From: an uncultured Spirochaetales bacterium
GTDB lineage: Bacteria > Spirochaetota > Spirochaetia > Sphaerochaetales > Sphaerochaetaceae
Assembly: GCA_944390025.1 (NCBI GenBank)
Contig: CALXOK010000004.1
Location: forward strand, 11,821 to 75,820
Reading direction: 5' to 3'
DNA: 64,000 bases
In this document: piece by piece, positions 1-10,547 of the stretch
How positions within the stretch are numbered: the stretch's first letter is position 1
Layout of the letters: each line of letters begins with the position of its first letter
Made by a program: the position numbers and the translations under genes
Notes under the pieces: generated by a model
Databases searched by the model: none
What the model was told of the DNA's origin: nothing
The model's input: only the letters and a program-made list of their open reading frames with translations

Positions 1-976
1 TGACTTTCGCTCCCATAGGGATTGAGTCGAAGTTCCATGGCCCCATTCCGAAGACCTTGACGATGTTCGTTCCCTTGTGAAGAAGAAGGCCTGTAGTGAC
101 AGAACCGAGGGCGACCATACGTCCGACAGAAAGGTCGGTTCCTGCAAGGAGGATGAGTCCGGCGACGCCGAGAGCGTAGAACATTCTCGTTGAGCTCTGC
201 TCAAGGATGGTGAGGATGTTCGGAAGGCTCAGCAGCTGGCCTCTTCCCTGCAGCGGTGCGATGATGACGCAGACGATGAAGAAGATGAGAACAGCGAGGT
301 AAAGACCGTTGTTGAGCAGGAAGGTCGACAGCTTGAAGCGGTTGCTGTAGTCATGAATCTTCAGTGTCATGTCTTCCTTGAAGTTGGTCTTTCCGTTACG
401 CAGCGTGCGGTTTGTCTGCACATGGTCGACATAGGCCTGGTTCTTTGCAGCCTTGGCTCTGTCGGTGTCGCTGGTGAAGTGGCTCTTTGCATCAAAGAGT
501 GCGGACTTCTCCTCGTAGCGGATCTGCTGGATTTCATTTTTTCTTTCCTTCGGATCCTGAATTGTCAGTGCAGCGATACGGCGCTGGCTTTCTGACTTGA
601 TTTCCTGAACTTTCTTTGCGTAGTCTGCCTTGAAACGTGCGATATTCGCATTTTCATGAGCATAGACGGCCTTTTCAATTTCCGCACTGACAGTATTCAC
701 GTACTGTACGGCTTCCTTTGTCAGGGCATCAATTTCAGCCTTGTGAGCATTGGCGTCAGCCTGAGCCACTGCAATCTGCTTCTTGCAGTCCTCAATCAGT
801 TTGGCCTTTGTCTCATCGCTAATCATCTTGCTCTTCTTTGTGGCAGTGATTTGCTGTTTCAGGTCAGTGACTCTTGTGACACCGGTGCTTCTCAGGTCGG
901 CAAGTCTGGCAATGTACTGCCTTACTTTCACGTCCTCATCAAGAGCTGCCGGGATGTTTGTCATGTTGTTTGCCAT
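1..976 (-). CDS. mglC: Galactoside/sugar ABC transporter permease with long hydrophilic N-terminal extension (runs off the left edge)
   Basis: ATG at 976 after an AGGAGAGG RBS; translates MANNMTNIPAALDEDVKVRQYIARLADLRS..., later hydrophobic segments and ILLAGTDLSVGR; directly downstream of mglA. Confidence 0.8.
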   Translation of the reverse strand, partial: MANNMTNIPAALDEDVKVRQYIARLADLRSTGVTRVTDLKQQITATKKSKMISDETKAKLIEDCKKQIAVAQADANAHKAEIDALTKEAVQYVNTVSAEIEKAVYAHENANIARFKADYAKKVQEIKSESQRRIAALTIQDPKERKNEIQQIRYEEKSALFDAKSHFTSDTDRAKAAKNQAYVDHVQTNRTLRNGKTNFKEDMTLKIHDYSNRFKLSTFLLNNGLYLAVLIFFIVCVIIAPLQGRGQLLSLPNILTILEQSSTRMFYALGVAGLILLAGTDLSVGRMVALGSVTTGLLLHKGTNIVKVFGMGPWNFDSIPMGAKV

Positions 977-988
977 TTTCCTCTCCTT

Positions 989-2482
989 TTATAGATACTT
1001 TGCAGAAAGACGCAGCAGCTCTTCCTGATTTGTCTGTTTTGTTTCGACAATGCCTGCAAGCCTGTGGTTTGACATGACGGCGATTCTGTTCGTGATACCA
1101 AGAATCTCGGGCATCTCAGAACTTACGACAATGATTGTCTTGCCGTTTTTCGCCATCTCGATGATAAGCTGATAGATCTCATACTTGGCACCGACGTCAA
1201 TACCGCGTGTAGGCTCGTCCAGAAGGAATACGTTCGGTTCTCTCTCCATCCACTTTCCGATGATGACCTTCTGCTGATTTCCTCCGGAGAGGGCAGTGAT
1301 GAGCTCATCACATGAGACACATTTCGTGTTCATCTGCCTGATTTGTCTGTTGGCAGCCTCAGTCATGAGACGGTTGTTGAGCACTCTGTGTGTCTTGTAG
1401 CTGTCAAGATTCGTGATGACAGTGTTGAAGCGGATTGTGTCCTTGCCGAACATGCCGTTCAGCTTGCGCTCTTCGGTGACAAGGGCGAAGTCGTATTCCA
1501 TTGCATCCTTTGATGAGTTGAACCTGAGAGGCTTGCCATCAAGAATGAGTCTTCCGGATGCGATTGTCCTGATGCCGAACATCGATTCAAGCAGCTCGCT
1601 GCGGCCTGCGCCGACAAGACCGTAGAGACCGAAAATCTCGCCCTTGCGGACTGTGAAAGAGATGTCCTCAAGCTTGGGCTCGAACTTTGTCGACAGATGA
1701 CTGACCTCAAGATAGTCGCGGCCGGGAACGTTGTCGACATCAGGGAACCTCTTGTCGAGTGAGCGTCCTACCATGGCTGAGATCAGCTCGTTCATGTTCG
1801 TTTCCTTTGTCTTCTTCGTCATGATGAGCTTACCGTCTCTCAGGACGGAAACAGCATCACAGATTTCGAAGACCTCATCCATCTTGTGGGAGATGTAGAT
1901 GAATGAGACGCCTTTCTCCTTAAGCTCGTTGACAATCGAGAAAAGCTTCTTGACTTCACGTTCTGTAAGGGAGCTGGTCGGCTCGTCCAGAACGATGATT
2001 TTTGCGTTATAGCTCACGGCCTTCGCAATCTCAACCATCTGCCTCTGGGAGACAGACATCGTCCTCATGATTGTGGACGGGTTGACATTCATGTTCAGTG
2101 AAGCAAAGAGCTTGTTTGCTTCAATGAGCATCTTGTTCTCATCAATGATGCCCCCGCGGGTAGGGTAGCGGCCGAGAAAGAGGTTGTCTGTGACGGAACG
2201 GTCAAGACACTGGTTTAATTCCTGATGAACCATGGCAACACCGTTTTCAAGTGCTTCCTTCGGGCTCCTGAAGTTAATCTGCCTTCCGTCGAATATGAAC
2301 TGTCCCTCATCCTTCGCGTAGATTCCGAAAAGGCACTTCATCATCGTGGACTTTCCGGCTCCGTTCTCTCCCATGAGGCCGAGGACAGAACCTTTGTCCA
2401 GAGTCAGATTGATGCCGTCGAGGACCTTGTTCTTGGCAAAGGACTTCGAGAGGTTTCTGATTTCTAGAATTGCGTTATCCAT
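989..2482 (-). CDS. mglA: Sugar ABC transporter ATP-binding protein (two ABC domains)
   Basis: GENGAGKST, LDEPTSSL, LSGGNQQK, LDEPTRGIDVGAK; ATG 2482 preferred over the GTG at 2503. Confidence 0.92.
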   Translation of the reverse strand: MDNAILEIRNLSKSFAKNKVLDGINLTLDKGSVLGLMGENGAGKSTMMKCLFGIYAKDEGQFIFDGRQINFRSPKEALENGVAMVHQELNQCLDRSVTDNLFLGRYPTRGGIIDENKMLIEANKLFASLNMNVNPSTIMRTMSVSQRQMVEIAKAVSYNAKIIVLDEPTSSLTEREVKKLFSIVNELKEKGVSFIYISHKMDEVFEICDAVSVLRDGKLIMTKKTKETNMNELISAMVGRSLDKRFPDVDNVPGRDYLEVSHLSTKFEPKLEDISFTVRKGEIFGLYGLVGAGRSELLESMFGIRTIASGRLILDGKPLRFNSSKDAMEYDFALVTEERKLNGMFGKDTIRFNTVITNLDSYKTHRVLNNRLMTEAANRQIRQMNTKCVSCDELITALSGGNQQKVIIGKWMEREPNVFLLDEPTRGIDVGAKYEIYQLIIEMAKNGKTIIVVSSEMPEILGITNRIAVMSNHRLAGIVETKQTNQEELLRLSAKYL

Positions 2483-2517
2483 AATCTTCTTTTGGGTTTC
2501 CACCTTAGCTTAAGTCA

Positions 2518-2556
2518 AACAAGCATGCGAAAGAGATTATCCTCCACATGCTTGTT
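2518..2556 (-). terminator. Intergenic stem-loop between mglB and mglA (mRNA stabiliser or partial terminator)
   Basis: 10-bp inverted repeat aacaagcatg/catgcttgtt. Confidence 0.55.
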
Positions 2557-2583
2557 CCATTTGACAGAGTTCAGTAAATGAAA

Positions 2584-3807
<1,224 letters not shown>

Positions 3808-3825
3808 TTAGCTGAAAAAAGTCTC

Positions 3826-3878
3826 AACCGTCCAAACGGTTACCCTTATATTTCACCATAGAAAAAGGCGGAATGCAA
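3826..3878 (-). promoter_or_regulatory. Putative mglB promoter and operator
   Basis: Minus strand TTGCAT-N17-TGAAAT, followed by the inverted repeat aaccgt-ccaa-acggtt with a LacI/GalR-like GTAACCGTTT half-site. Confidence 0.35.
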
Positions 3879-3932
3879 AAGAAATTTTTCCTAGTATGTA
3901 AAATCTGGATGTTTTATGGCAGAATTTTGCTC

Positions 3933-4850
3933 TTACTGCTCAAGCGTGACATCGTTATGCTGTTCGGCAAGGATTTTCTCCATTGGTGTGAATCCTTCAC
4001 CAAGCACATGGTGGGTCTCCTGAATGATGAGGAATGCGCTCTCATCGAAATCATGAATCGCACGTGTGAGTCTTAAAATGCTCTGATTCGGGATGACTGT
4101 CATGAGCATAGGCCTGTCTTCTCTCGTGTAAAGGCCCTTTGCGGATATGATTGTGCCGCTGCGTTCAAGATCATTGAGTATGAAGTCTCCGATTTCATCC
4201 AGCTTGTCGCTGATGATATATACGGTTTTCGCATAACCTGTTCCCATGGAAAGGACAATCTTGTCCAGCACGAGGGTTGTGATATACACGACGACAATCG
4301 CATACAGGGCGCTTTCAATGCTGAAGACGAAGGCGCTTGCCGCGATGATGAGGGCGTCAACGATCAGCAGGCTTGTTCCCGGACTGATATGACACCAGCG
4401 GGCGATTATAAGGGCGATGATGTCTGTTCCTCCGGTGTTGCTTCCGCCTTTCATGACAAAGCCCATGCCGGCTCCTGTGAGAACGCCTCCGTAAAGGCAG
4501 CTCAGCCAGTACGACATGTCCTTGGAGTAGTCAAGGATTCCTCCGTACCCGAAAATATGTCCCCACAGGGAAGTGAATGCTGACAGAAGCACTGTTCCGA
4601 TGAGGCTTTTCAGGCCGTAAATCTTTCCAAAAAGCCGCATTCCGATGAAGAAAATCGGGACAGACAGCACGAAGATTGAAAGACCAACGTCGATTGAGAA
4701 AGTATGGTAGAGCAGTGTTCCGATTCCGCTGACTCCTCCCGGTGCAATCTGGGCGGGGTTGGTGAAAAGTGCGATGCCCAGAGCGGTGACCGCGCTTCCT
4801 ATGGTCACATATATGTAATCAATTATGTTTCTTTTCAGAATCCTGTTCAC
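3933..4850 (-). CDS. YitT family membrane protein (DUF161/DUF2179)
   Basis: APGGVSGIG, GGSNTGGTDII, C-terminal GLYT...ESAFLII...VLGEGF. Confidence 0.88.
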   Translation of the reverse strand: MNRILKRNIIDYIYVTIGSAVTALGIALFTNPAQIAPGGVSGIGTLLYHTFSIDVGLSIFVLSVPIFFIGMRLFGKIYGLKSLIGTVLLSAFTSLWGHIFGYGGILDYSKDMSYWLSCLYGGVLTGAGMGFVMKGGSNTGGTDIIALIIARWCHISPGTSLLIVDALIIAASAFVFSIESALYAIVVVYITTLVLDKIVLSMGTGYAKTVYIISDKLDEIGDFILNDLERSGTIISAKGLYTREDRPMLMTVIPNQSILRLTRAIHDFDESAFLIIQETHHVLGEGFTPMEKILAEQHNDVTLEQ

Positions 4851-5440
4851 TTGTTACTCCTTTCAGCGATTTTGTCCGGCAGTACACATTCCTTTTCCTG
4901 AAGCTGCTTGAAAAGGGAGGGAAGGCTGGCGCTGACAATGAGGCTGTCCCTGACGCACTGAGACATCATCCCTTCACTGACAAGTCTGTCGAGGAAGGAG
5001 ACAAGCGAATCATAGAAGCCGTTGATGTTGTACAGGGCGATGTTTTTCCTGTGGTAGCCTATCTGCTTCCAGGTGTAGACCTCGAAGAACTCTTCAAGTG
5101 TCCCGATTCCGCCCGGCAGGACGATGAACGCATCAGCAAGCTCATACATCCTTTTCTTTCTCTCATGCATGTCCGGCACGATAATCAGCTCGCTCTGTAT
5201 TTCCTTCAGCCTCACCTGTGCGTTGTTGAAGATCTCAGGCAGCACTCCTGTCACATGGCCACCCGCGTTATGACAGGCCTCTGCGACTGCGCACATGACG
5301 CCGCGTGCTCCGCCTCCGTATACGAGCCTGATTCCATGCTGTGCAAGATATTCCCCGAGAAGGGAAGCCTGTGTGATGATGTCTTTATCCTCTGGAATTC
5401 CTGATGCGCAGAAAACTGCGACTGATGAAAGAACTTTCAT
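4847..5440 (-). CDS. LOG family nucleotide phosphoribohydrolase (TIGR00730)
   Basis: LVYGGG..GVM, MHERK, PGGIGTLEE; start at ATG 5440, 7 nt after a TGgTAACAT -10 box. Confidence 0.9.
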   Translation of the reverse strand: MKVLSSVAVFCASGIPEDKDIITQASLLGEYLAQHGIRLVYGGGARGVMCAVAEACHNAGGHVTGVLPEIFNNAQVRLKEIQSELIIVPDMHERKKRMYELADAFIVLPGGIGTLEEFFEVYTWKQIGYHRKNIALYNINGFYDSLVSFLDRLVSEGMMSQCVRDSLIVSASLPSLFKQLQEKECVLPDKIAERSNK

Positions 5441-5639
5441 GCGCGTAATGTTACCATAGTAACAAATCATTTCCAACTGACCTCCAGACATGAGTTTTCT
5501 CTTGTTTGACAGGCTTTTGTTCCATATAATTGACTGTGAAATGTGCTGAGGCTTTCCGGTGCTGGAAATGTGCCGGATGAATGTTCGATGAACATTTGAA
5601 TCTTGTTAAAAGGAGAGCCCTTTTGGGCGGAATTGAAAA

Positions 5640-6647
5640 ATGAAGATAAAGAGAGCATTGCTTTTAGCAGCAGTTTTGTTCGCCATGACTCTTCCACTCT
5701 TCGCAGTCAGCGTGACTGTTGAATGGAACTGGGTCCAGAATGATTCTGATGTCAGATACTTCAGATATCAGGTGGACGGAGAAGCAGAGGACGGCTGGAC
5801 AGTTGTTGATTCCAGCGTGACAAACTATACGGCAAAGGGCCTTGATGGAAGCCAGAGCTATACACTCTATCTCCAGCAGTCCTATGACGGAGTCTACTGG
5901 TCACAGAGCGCCTCTTCTGCCTCCCAGCCTGTCGTGCCTCAGACTGCAGAACTTGAGGAGCCTGTCGTGACCGAAGAACCGGCTGCTGTTGAAGCTGCAG
6001 TTGAAGAAGAGCCTGCTGCCGTTGTGGAAGAAGCCGGTACAGAGGAAGAACCGGCTGTTCAGGAACCATCTGTTGCTGAAGTTGAGGAAATCGCTCCGGT
6101 TGCAGTCACACCTTCACAGCCTGTCAAGGAACCGGGCAGCTTCAAGTTCGTCCTTTCATTCGCAGGCGGTGTCGGCCTCAATAATATAGGTGAGGAGCTT
6201 GATTACGATTATCAGGCAGTCATCGGACTCGGTTTCGAGGACATGGTCGCCAACAGCATCATGGGATGGGACCTCAAGCTCAATCTCGGTTTCAGCGCAC
6301 TGCCTGTTTACGGAATTGAGAATACAACTTTTGACAACCTCTTCGATCTCGGACTGTACCGCAAGGCAATGTTTGCTGACCTGATGACAGGAGTCAACTT
6401 CAAGGCCGGAAGCACACAGTTCTATCTGGACGGTGGTGCAAGGCTTCTGATGAACTATGGTCAGAATGATTCTGATGCTTTATTCAGCTTGGGTAAGTTT
6501 GATGCAAGAGTGCAGATCACCGGTCTTCTCGGTTTCCGCTGGAACATCGGCTGGTTCAACCTCGGTCTTGAAGGACAGTATGTATACGATTACATTGACA
6601 ACGTGCATACGGTCACTCCGAGACTGCTTTTCGGTTTCTCATTCTGA
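5640..6647 (+). CDS. Exported protein: FnIII-like N-domain, Glu/Pro/Ala linker, C-terminal beta-barrel-like domain
   Basis: Signal peptide; W.W....VRYFRYQ...W.VVD...Y.LYLQQSYDG..WS; EEPAAV repeats; alternating hydrophobic strands ending FGFSF. Confidence 0.6.
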   Translation: MKIKRALLLAAVLFAMTLPLFAVSVTVEWNWVQNDSDVRYFRYQVDGEAEDGWTVVDSSVTNYTAKGLDGSQSYTLYLQQSYDGVYWSQSASSASQPVVPQTAELEEPVVTEEPAAVEAAVEEEPAAVVEEAGTEEEPAVQEPSVAEVEEIAPVAVTPSQPVKEPGSFKFVLSFAGGVGLNNIGEELDYDYQAVIGLGFEDMVANSIMGWDLKLNLGFSALPVYGIENTTFDNLFDLGLYRKAMFADLMTGVNFKAGSTQFYLDGGARLLMNYGQNDSDALFSLGKFDARVQITGLLGFRWNIGWFNLGLEGQYVYDYIDNVHTVTPRLLFGFSF

Positions 6648-6664
6648 CCTGAGTGAGACCTGTA

Positions 6665-6699
6665 TGGGGAGGCTTTTCGTGAGTCTCCCCTGTTTTTTT
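6665..6699 (+). terminator. Intrinsic terminator
   Basis: ggggaggct...agtctcccc stem followed by a T-run. Confidence 0.8.
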
Positions 6700-6700
6700 C

Positions 6701-6729
6701 TTGAATAAAGTCAGCACAGTATATATCAT
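6701..6729 (+). promoter_or_regulatory. Sigma70 promoter of the fic gene
   Basis: TTGAAT-N17-TATCAT; AAGGAG RBS before the TTG start. Confidence 0.6.
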
Positions 6730-6757
6730 CGGATGGCTATAAAGGAGACTGTGAACT

Positions 6758-7522
6758 TTGAAAGAAGGCCGGATACAGGAATGTATCGACTACATCAGAT
6801 TCTCAATGGACATTGAAGGCGCAAGCCTCAGTGAGGAACTGGAGACGGTATTGCGTGAGATACTGGAGGAGGACAGGACTGTCGGGTCTGTTATCGAGGA
6901 CTTCAGAAAGCGCGAGAATCTGGTTTCTGTTCCCGTGGACGGTGCGGATGTCATGTCAAACTATCCTGAGACCAGATGCCTTGTGAATACCTTCGGCATT
7001 AAAGACAAGACCAGGCTCCGCTATGTCGAGCATTTCTTTGTCGCAGTACGTACAGCTGAGATGTTCCTTTCTCCGATTGAGATGCCTTTTACATTCGACG
7101 GTCTCAAAGCAGTTCATGAAAAGCTGTTTTCCGATATCTATCCCAGTGCCGGAATGATCCGCACAAAGGAAGCAAGCAAGCGGAAGGATTTCTGCCTTCC
7201 TGACAGAATCCAGTCATTCAGTCATGAGATTTTCTCACGTCTGGAGAGTCAGGATTATCTGAAAAAGGCATCTGACGTGGATGAGCTTGCTAATGATCTT
7301 GCTTTCTATATGGGGGAGATTGAGGCCCTTCATCCTTTCAGGGACGGTAACGGAAGGGCTATGAGGTTCTTCATCAACCGGCTTGTGAATGAAGCCGGCT
7401 TCATGTTCTCATGGGCACAGGCTGATTCCGACAGGATGCTGGAAGCCTCCATTGCCGCGATTGACGGAGACTACCAGGGCCTTGTCGATGTTCTGGAAGA
7501 GATTCTCTGGGTCAGAGAATAG
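6758..7522 (+). CDS. fic: Fic-domain AMPylase with N-terminal inhibitory (VbhA-like) helix
   Basis: Canonical HPFRDGNGRAMR; N-terminal SMDIEG matches (S/T)xxxE(G/N). Confidence 0.88.
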   Translation: MKEGRIQECIDYIRFSMDIEGASLSEELETVLREILEEDRTVGSVIEDFRKRENLVSVPVDGADVMSNYPETRCLVNTFGIKDKTRLRYVEHFFVAVRTAEMFLSPIEMPFTFDGLKAVHEKLFSDIYPSAGMIRTKEASKRKDFCLPDRIQSFSHEIFSRLESQDYLKKASDVDELANDLAFYMGEIEALHPFRDGNGRAMRFFINRLVNEAGFMFSWAQADSDRMLEASIAAIDGDYQGLVDVLEEILWVRE

Positions 7523-8099
7523 CCTCCAGCTGGCTCTTTGCCGCATCAAGATTTGATTCATACTGCTTTCTGAGCTCTTCAAGCTGTTTGTTGGCGACCT
7601 GCACGAATTCCTTGTCGTTTTCAAGGGAAAGAGGAATGTCCTGTCCGTATTTCTCTCTCAGCTGCTGGGTTTTTTCTTCAAGCATCGGCCTGAAGTGTTC
7701 CTTCAGCTGCTCGTACAGCTGCTTCTGATGTTCCGGATACTGCTTGAGGAAGGCGGTTATCTGTCTCATGAGAGACATCACCTGACTGTCGTTGCCGCTT
7801 ATCAAGGAAGCCAGAGTCTCAAGCCGCTCATAGCGGTCATTGAGCACTGTCTCTGAGGGCAGGGTGAGATTCTGCATGATGCTTGTCCTGATTCCATCCC
7901 TGACGCCGTCAAGGCCTGCAATCTTCTCATATTCCTTTTTCAGAGCATCCTCGTTCATCTCCTCATCATAGTTGAGGTATCTTCCGGCAAGAGTGCGTGC
8001 TGCTGTGATATTGTTCTCTTTTTCAAGCTTTGCCTTGTCAATTTCAATGTCCTGGGTCTTTTCCAGAGCGATTTCCCAGGCTGATCTGATTCTTCTCAT
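7512..8099 (-). CDS. Conserved helical hypothetical protein (spirochaete type)
   Basis: GGAGG RBS; N-terminal IRSAWEIALEKT; 195 aa helical. Confidence 0.7.
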   Translation of the reverse strand: MRRIRSAWEIALEKTQDIEIDKAKLEKENNITAARTLAGRYLNYDEEMNEDALKKEYEKIAGLDGVRDGIRTSIMQNLTLPSETVLNDRYERLETLASLISGNDSQVMSLMRQITAFLKQYPEHQKQLYEQLKEHFRPMLEEKTQQLREKYGQDIPLSLENDKEFVQVANKQLEELRKQYESNLDAAKSQLEAIL

Positions 8100-8177
8100 C
8101 TGTATTGCCTCCAGAAAAGAAGATAATGCTTTTGATTCATATTAACAACAGTCTTTCTTTGAGCTAGACTCAAGACC

Positions 8178-8813
8178 ATGCAAGACGGAATCATTTATCT
8201 GCTCGACTTGTTCGGCACCATGATATTCGCTATTACAGGAGCGGTTGCCGGAGTACGCCTCAGGCTCGATTTCCTGGGTGTCACAGTCTACGCCATCACT
8301 GTCGGCTGTGCCGGAGGCATGGTCCGCGACTGCCTGCTGGGTATCACTCCTGCAGGAGCGCTAAATGACGGAGCCTATGTGATAATCTGCGCCATCACCG
8401 GGATTGTTGTCTTCTTCATGGCACCCAAGTTCGTAGGCCGGTGGCGTGTCATACTTTACTGTGATGCAATCGGGCTCGGAGTGTTCACTGCACTGGGAAT
8501 GCAGAAAGCTTCCCTCTTGGGCCTGGGGGCTGTCGGACAGGTGATGTCAGCAGTCATCGGAGCCGTAGGAGGCGGTGTTCTCAGAGACGTGTTCTCCCGT
8601 GAGATTCCTGCAGTCCTGAAGTCGGATTTCTATGCGACAGCCTCAATCATCGGAGCTGTCATATATCTTGTACTTGAGAATTTCCCGGAAATCGGAAGTG
8701 GTCTGTGCTTCCTCTTTTCAGCCATCTGCGTGACTGCGATACGCGTGTATGCCATCCGTCATCATCTGAACCTGCCGGTTGCCAGAATGGCTGGAGAGGA
8801 GAAGCGGAAGTGA
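8178..8813 (+). CDS. TRIC/UPF0126 (YadS-like) membrane protein
   Basis: Duplicated D..G...FA..G / GGG..RD motifs. Confidence 0.88.
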   Translation: MQDGIIYLLDLFGTMIFAITGAVAGVRLRLDFLGVTVYAITVGCAGGMVRDCLLGITPAGALNDGAYVIICAITGIVVFFMAPKFVGRWRVILYCDAIGLGVFTALGMQKASLLGLGAVGQVMSAVIGAVGGGVLRDVFSREIPAVLKSDFYATASIIGAVIYLVLENFPEIGSGLCFLFSAICVTAIRVYAIRHHLNLPVARMAGEEKRK

Positions 8814-8856
8814 GGCTTGCCGGTCAGCGCATCCTTTTGGTAACTTATTCTCTGGT

Positions 8857-9978
8857 ATGAATACAGTTGCGGTTTATTACGATAATCCATATCTGAAGGA
8901 ACTTGATTCCACTGTCATAGAAGTCCTCGACAACGCTCTTGTGCTTGACAGGACAATCTTCTACCCCGAAGGCGGAGGCCAGAGGGGAGACTGCGGTTTC
9001 ATCTCCACTTCACGGGTGACATCTACAGTGCATGACAGTGACGGGCGTATCCTGCACCTTGTCGATAACCCTCATGCCTTTTCAAAGGGACAGAAGGTTC
9101 ACATCTCGGTTGACTGGGCTCAGCGCTATCGTCTTATGAAGGCACATACTGCCCAGCATATGATAAGCGGCATCCTCTATCATCAGGAGAGAACGGGAAC
9201 GGTTGCAATCCATCTTGGTGATGATTTTCTGACGGTGGAAACAGACAGTCCGTCCCTGAGCCGGGACCTTCTGTACCGCGTCGAGGACAGCGTCAATGCC
9301 GCAATTGCGTCATCGCGCTCTGTCTCAAGCCGTATCCTTTCGCATGAGGATGCAGAAAGACTCAATCTCAGACGCCCGATAAAGGTTTCTTCTGATGTGA
9401 GGATAGTCACAATCGACGGAGTTGATGAAATCGCATGCGGCGGTCTTCATGTCGCCAGTACAAGTGAAATCGGATGTGTCCAGTATGACTGTCAGGAGGT
9501 GCTCCGCGGCCATGTGAGAACCGTCTGGCGCTATGCTGAAGGGGCCCAGAGCCAGCGCCGCATGGAGCATGAGGCACTCAGAGAGGCAGGAGCATTGCTT
9601 TCATGCCCTGCTGAGGATATAGTGAGGTCGGTCTCATCCCTGATTGAAAGGGAAAACAGTCTGAAGAGTGCTCTCCGTGAGAAGGATGCGATGATTGCCT
9701 CTCTGATGCTTGCTGGCGGGAAGAAGGTGTTCGCCTCTCCTGTGGAGATTTCTTCTTACCAGAAGCTGTGCAGTGAAGACAGAACCTTTTTCGCGGCATA
9801 TGAAGGGCCAAAAGGACTGAGCTGGCTGATGAGTGCTGATGAGGATACATTCAAAGCTTTCAGGATTCGTTTTCCGCAGCTTGGCGCGAAAGGCGGAGGA
9901 AGGGCTTTCTGCTGGCAGGGTTCAGCCGGCTGTGACATGAAAACGCTTCTTGAGACGGCAGAGGAGATTCTCGCATGA
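8857..9978 (+). CDS. alaX: Alanyl-tRNA editing protein AlaX with reduced C-terminal DHHA1-like region
   Basis: LDRTIFYPEGGGQ.GD.G, HTAQH, CGGLH; ATG 8857 preferred. Confidence 0.85.
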   Translation: MNTVAVYYDNPYLKELDSTVIEVLDNALVLDRTIFYPEGGGQRGDCGFISTSRVTSTVHDSDGRILHLVDNPHAFSKGQKVHISVDWAQRYRLMKAHTAQHMISGILYHQERTGTVAIHLGDDFLTVETDSPSLSRDLLYRVEDSVNAAIASSRSVSSRILSHEDAERLNLRRPIKVSSDVRIVTIDGVDEIACGGLHVASTSEIGCVQYDCQEVLRGHVRTVWRYAEGAQSQRRMEHEALREAGALLSCPAEDIVRSVSSLIERENSLKSALREKDAMIASLMLAGGKKVFASPVEISSYQKLCSEDRTFFAAYEGPKGLSWLMSADEDTFKAFRIRFPQLGAKGGGRAFCWQGSAGCDMKTLLETAEEILA

Positions 9979-10547
9979 GTGATAATGATGCACATCTGAA
10001 CTGGGCGAAGATCCTGACAATCGGTCTTATCCCGATAATCCTCATATTCATCGGCTTCTATGTTTTCCTCAGCCATTTCGGAACCGAGACTTATGATGAG
10101 ATCATATCTTTTGTTGATGACAGATTCGGGCTTCTGGGTATTTTCCTGTATGTCTTTATCGTAGACACCCTGATTCTCCCGCTTTCTCCGGATTTCATCT
10201 TCCCGATTGTGGCCGGAATGCCCTGGTATGAGGTCATTCCTGTGATAGGTATCGCCTCCGCCCTCGGCGGCTGGGCCAGCTATCTGATTGGCCGTGTGCT
10301 GATCAAGGTCCCCCTGATTGACAGGTGGGTGGAGAAGGCGAAAAACAAGTGGGGCAGGTACATTGAGAAGTACGGAATTGTCTTTGTCATACTCTCGACA
10401 CTCACCCCGATTCCTTTCTCCACAGTCTGCATGTCAGCCGGAGCCGTAAGGCTCAGCAGCAGGAAAGTGTTTCCCTGCTGCCTGCTGAGAATATTGAGAA
10501 TGGGTGTCTATTTCTTCCTCTTCAGGGCCGGTTTAGTACTAGTCTAG
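9975..10547 (+). CDS. VTT/DedA (YqaA-like) membrane protein
   Basis: PLSPD, LGGWASYLIGR, LTPIPF. Confidence 0.75.
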   Translation: MSDNDAHLNWAKILTIGLIPIILIFIGFYVFLSHFGTETYDEIISFVDDRFGLLGIFLYVFIVDTLILPLSPDFIFPIVAGMPWYEVIPVIGIASALGGWASYLIGRVLIKVPLIDRWVEKAKNKWGRYIEKYGIVFVILSTLTPIPFSTVCMSAGAVRLSSRKVFPCCLLRILRMGVYFFLFRAGLVLV

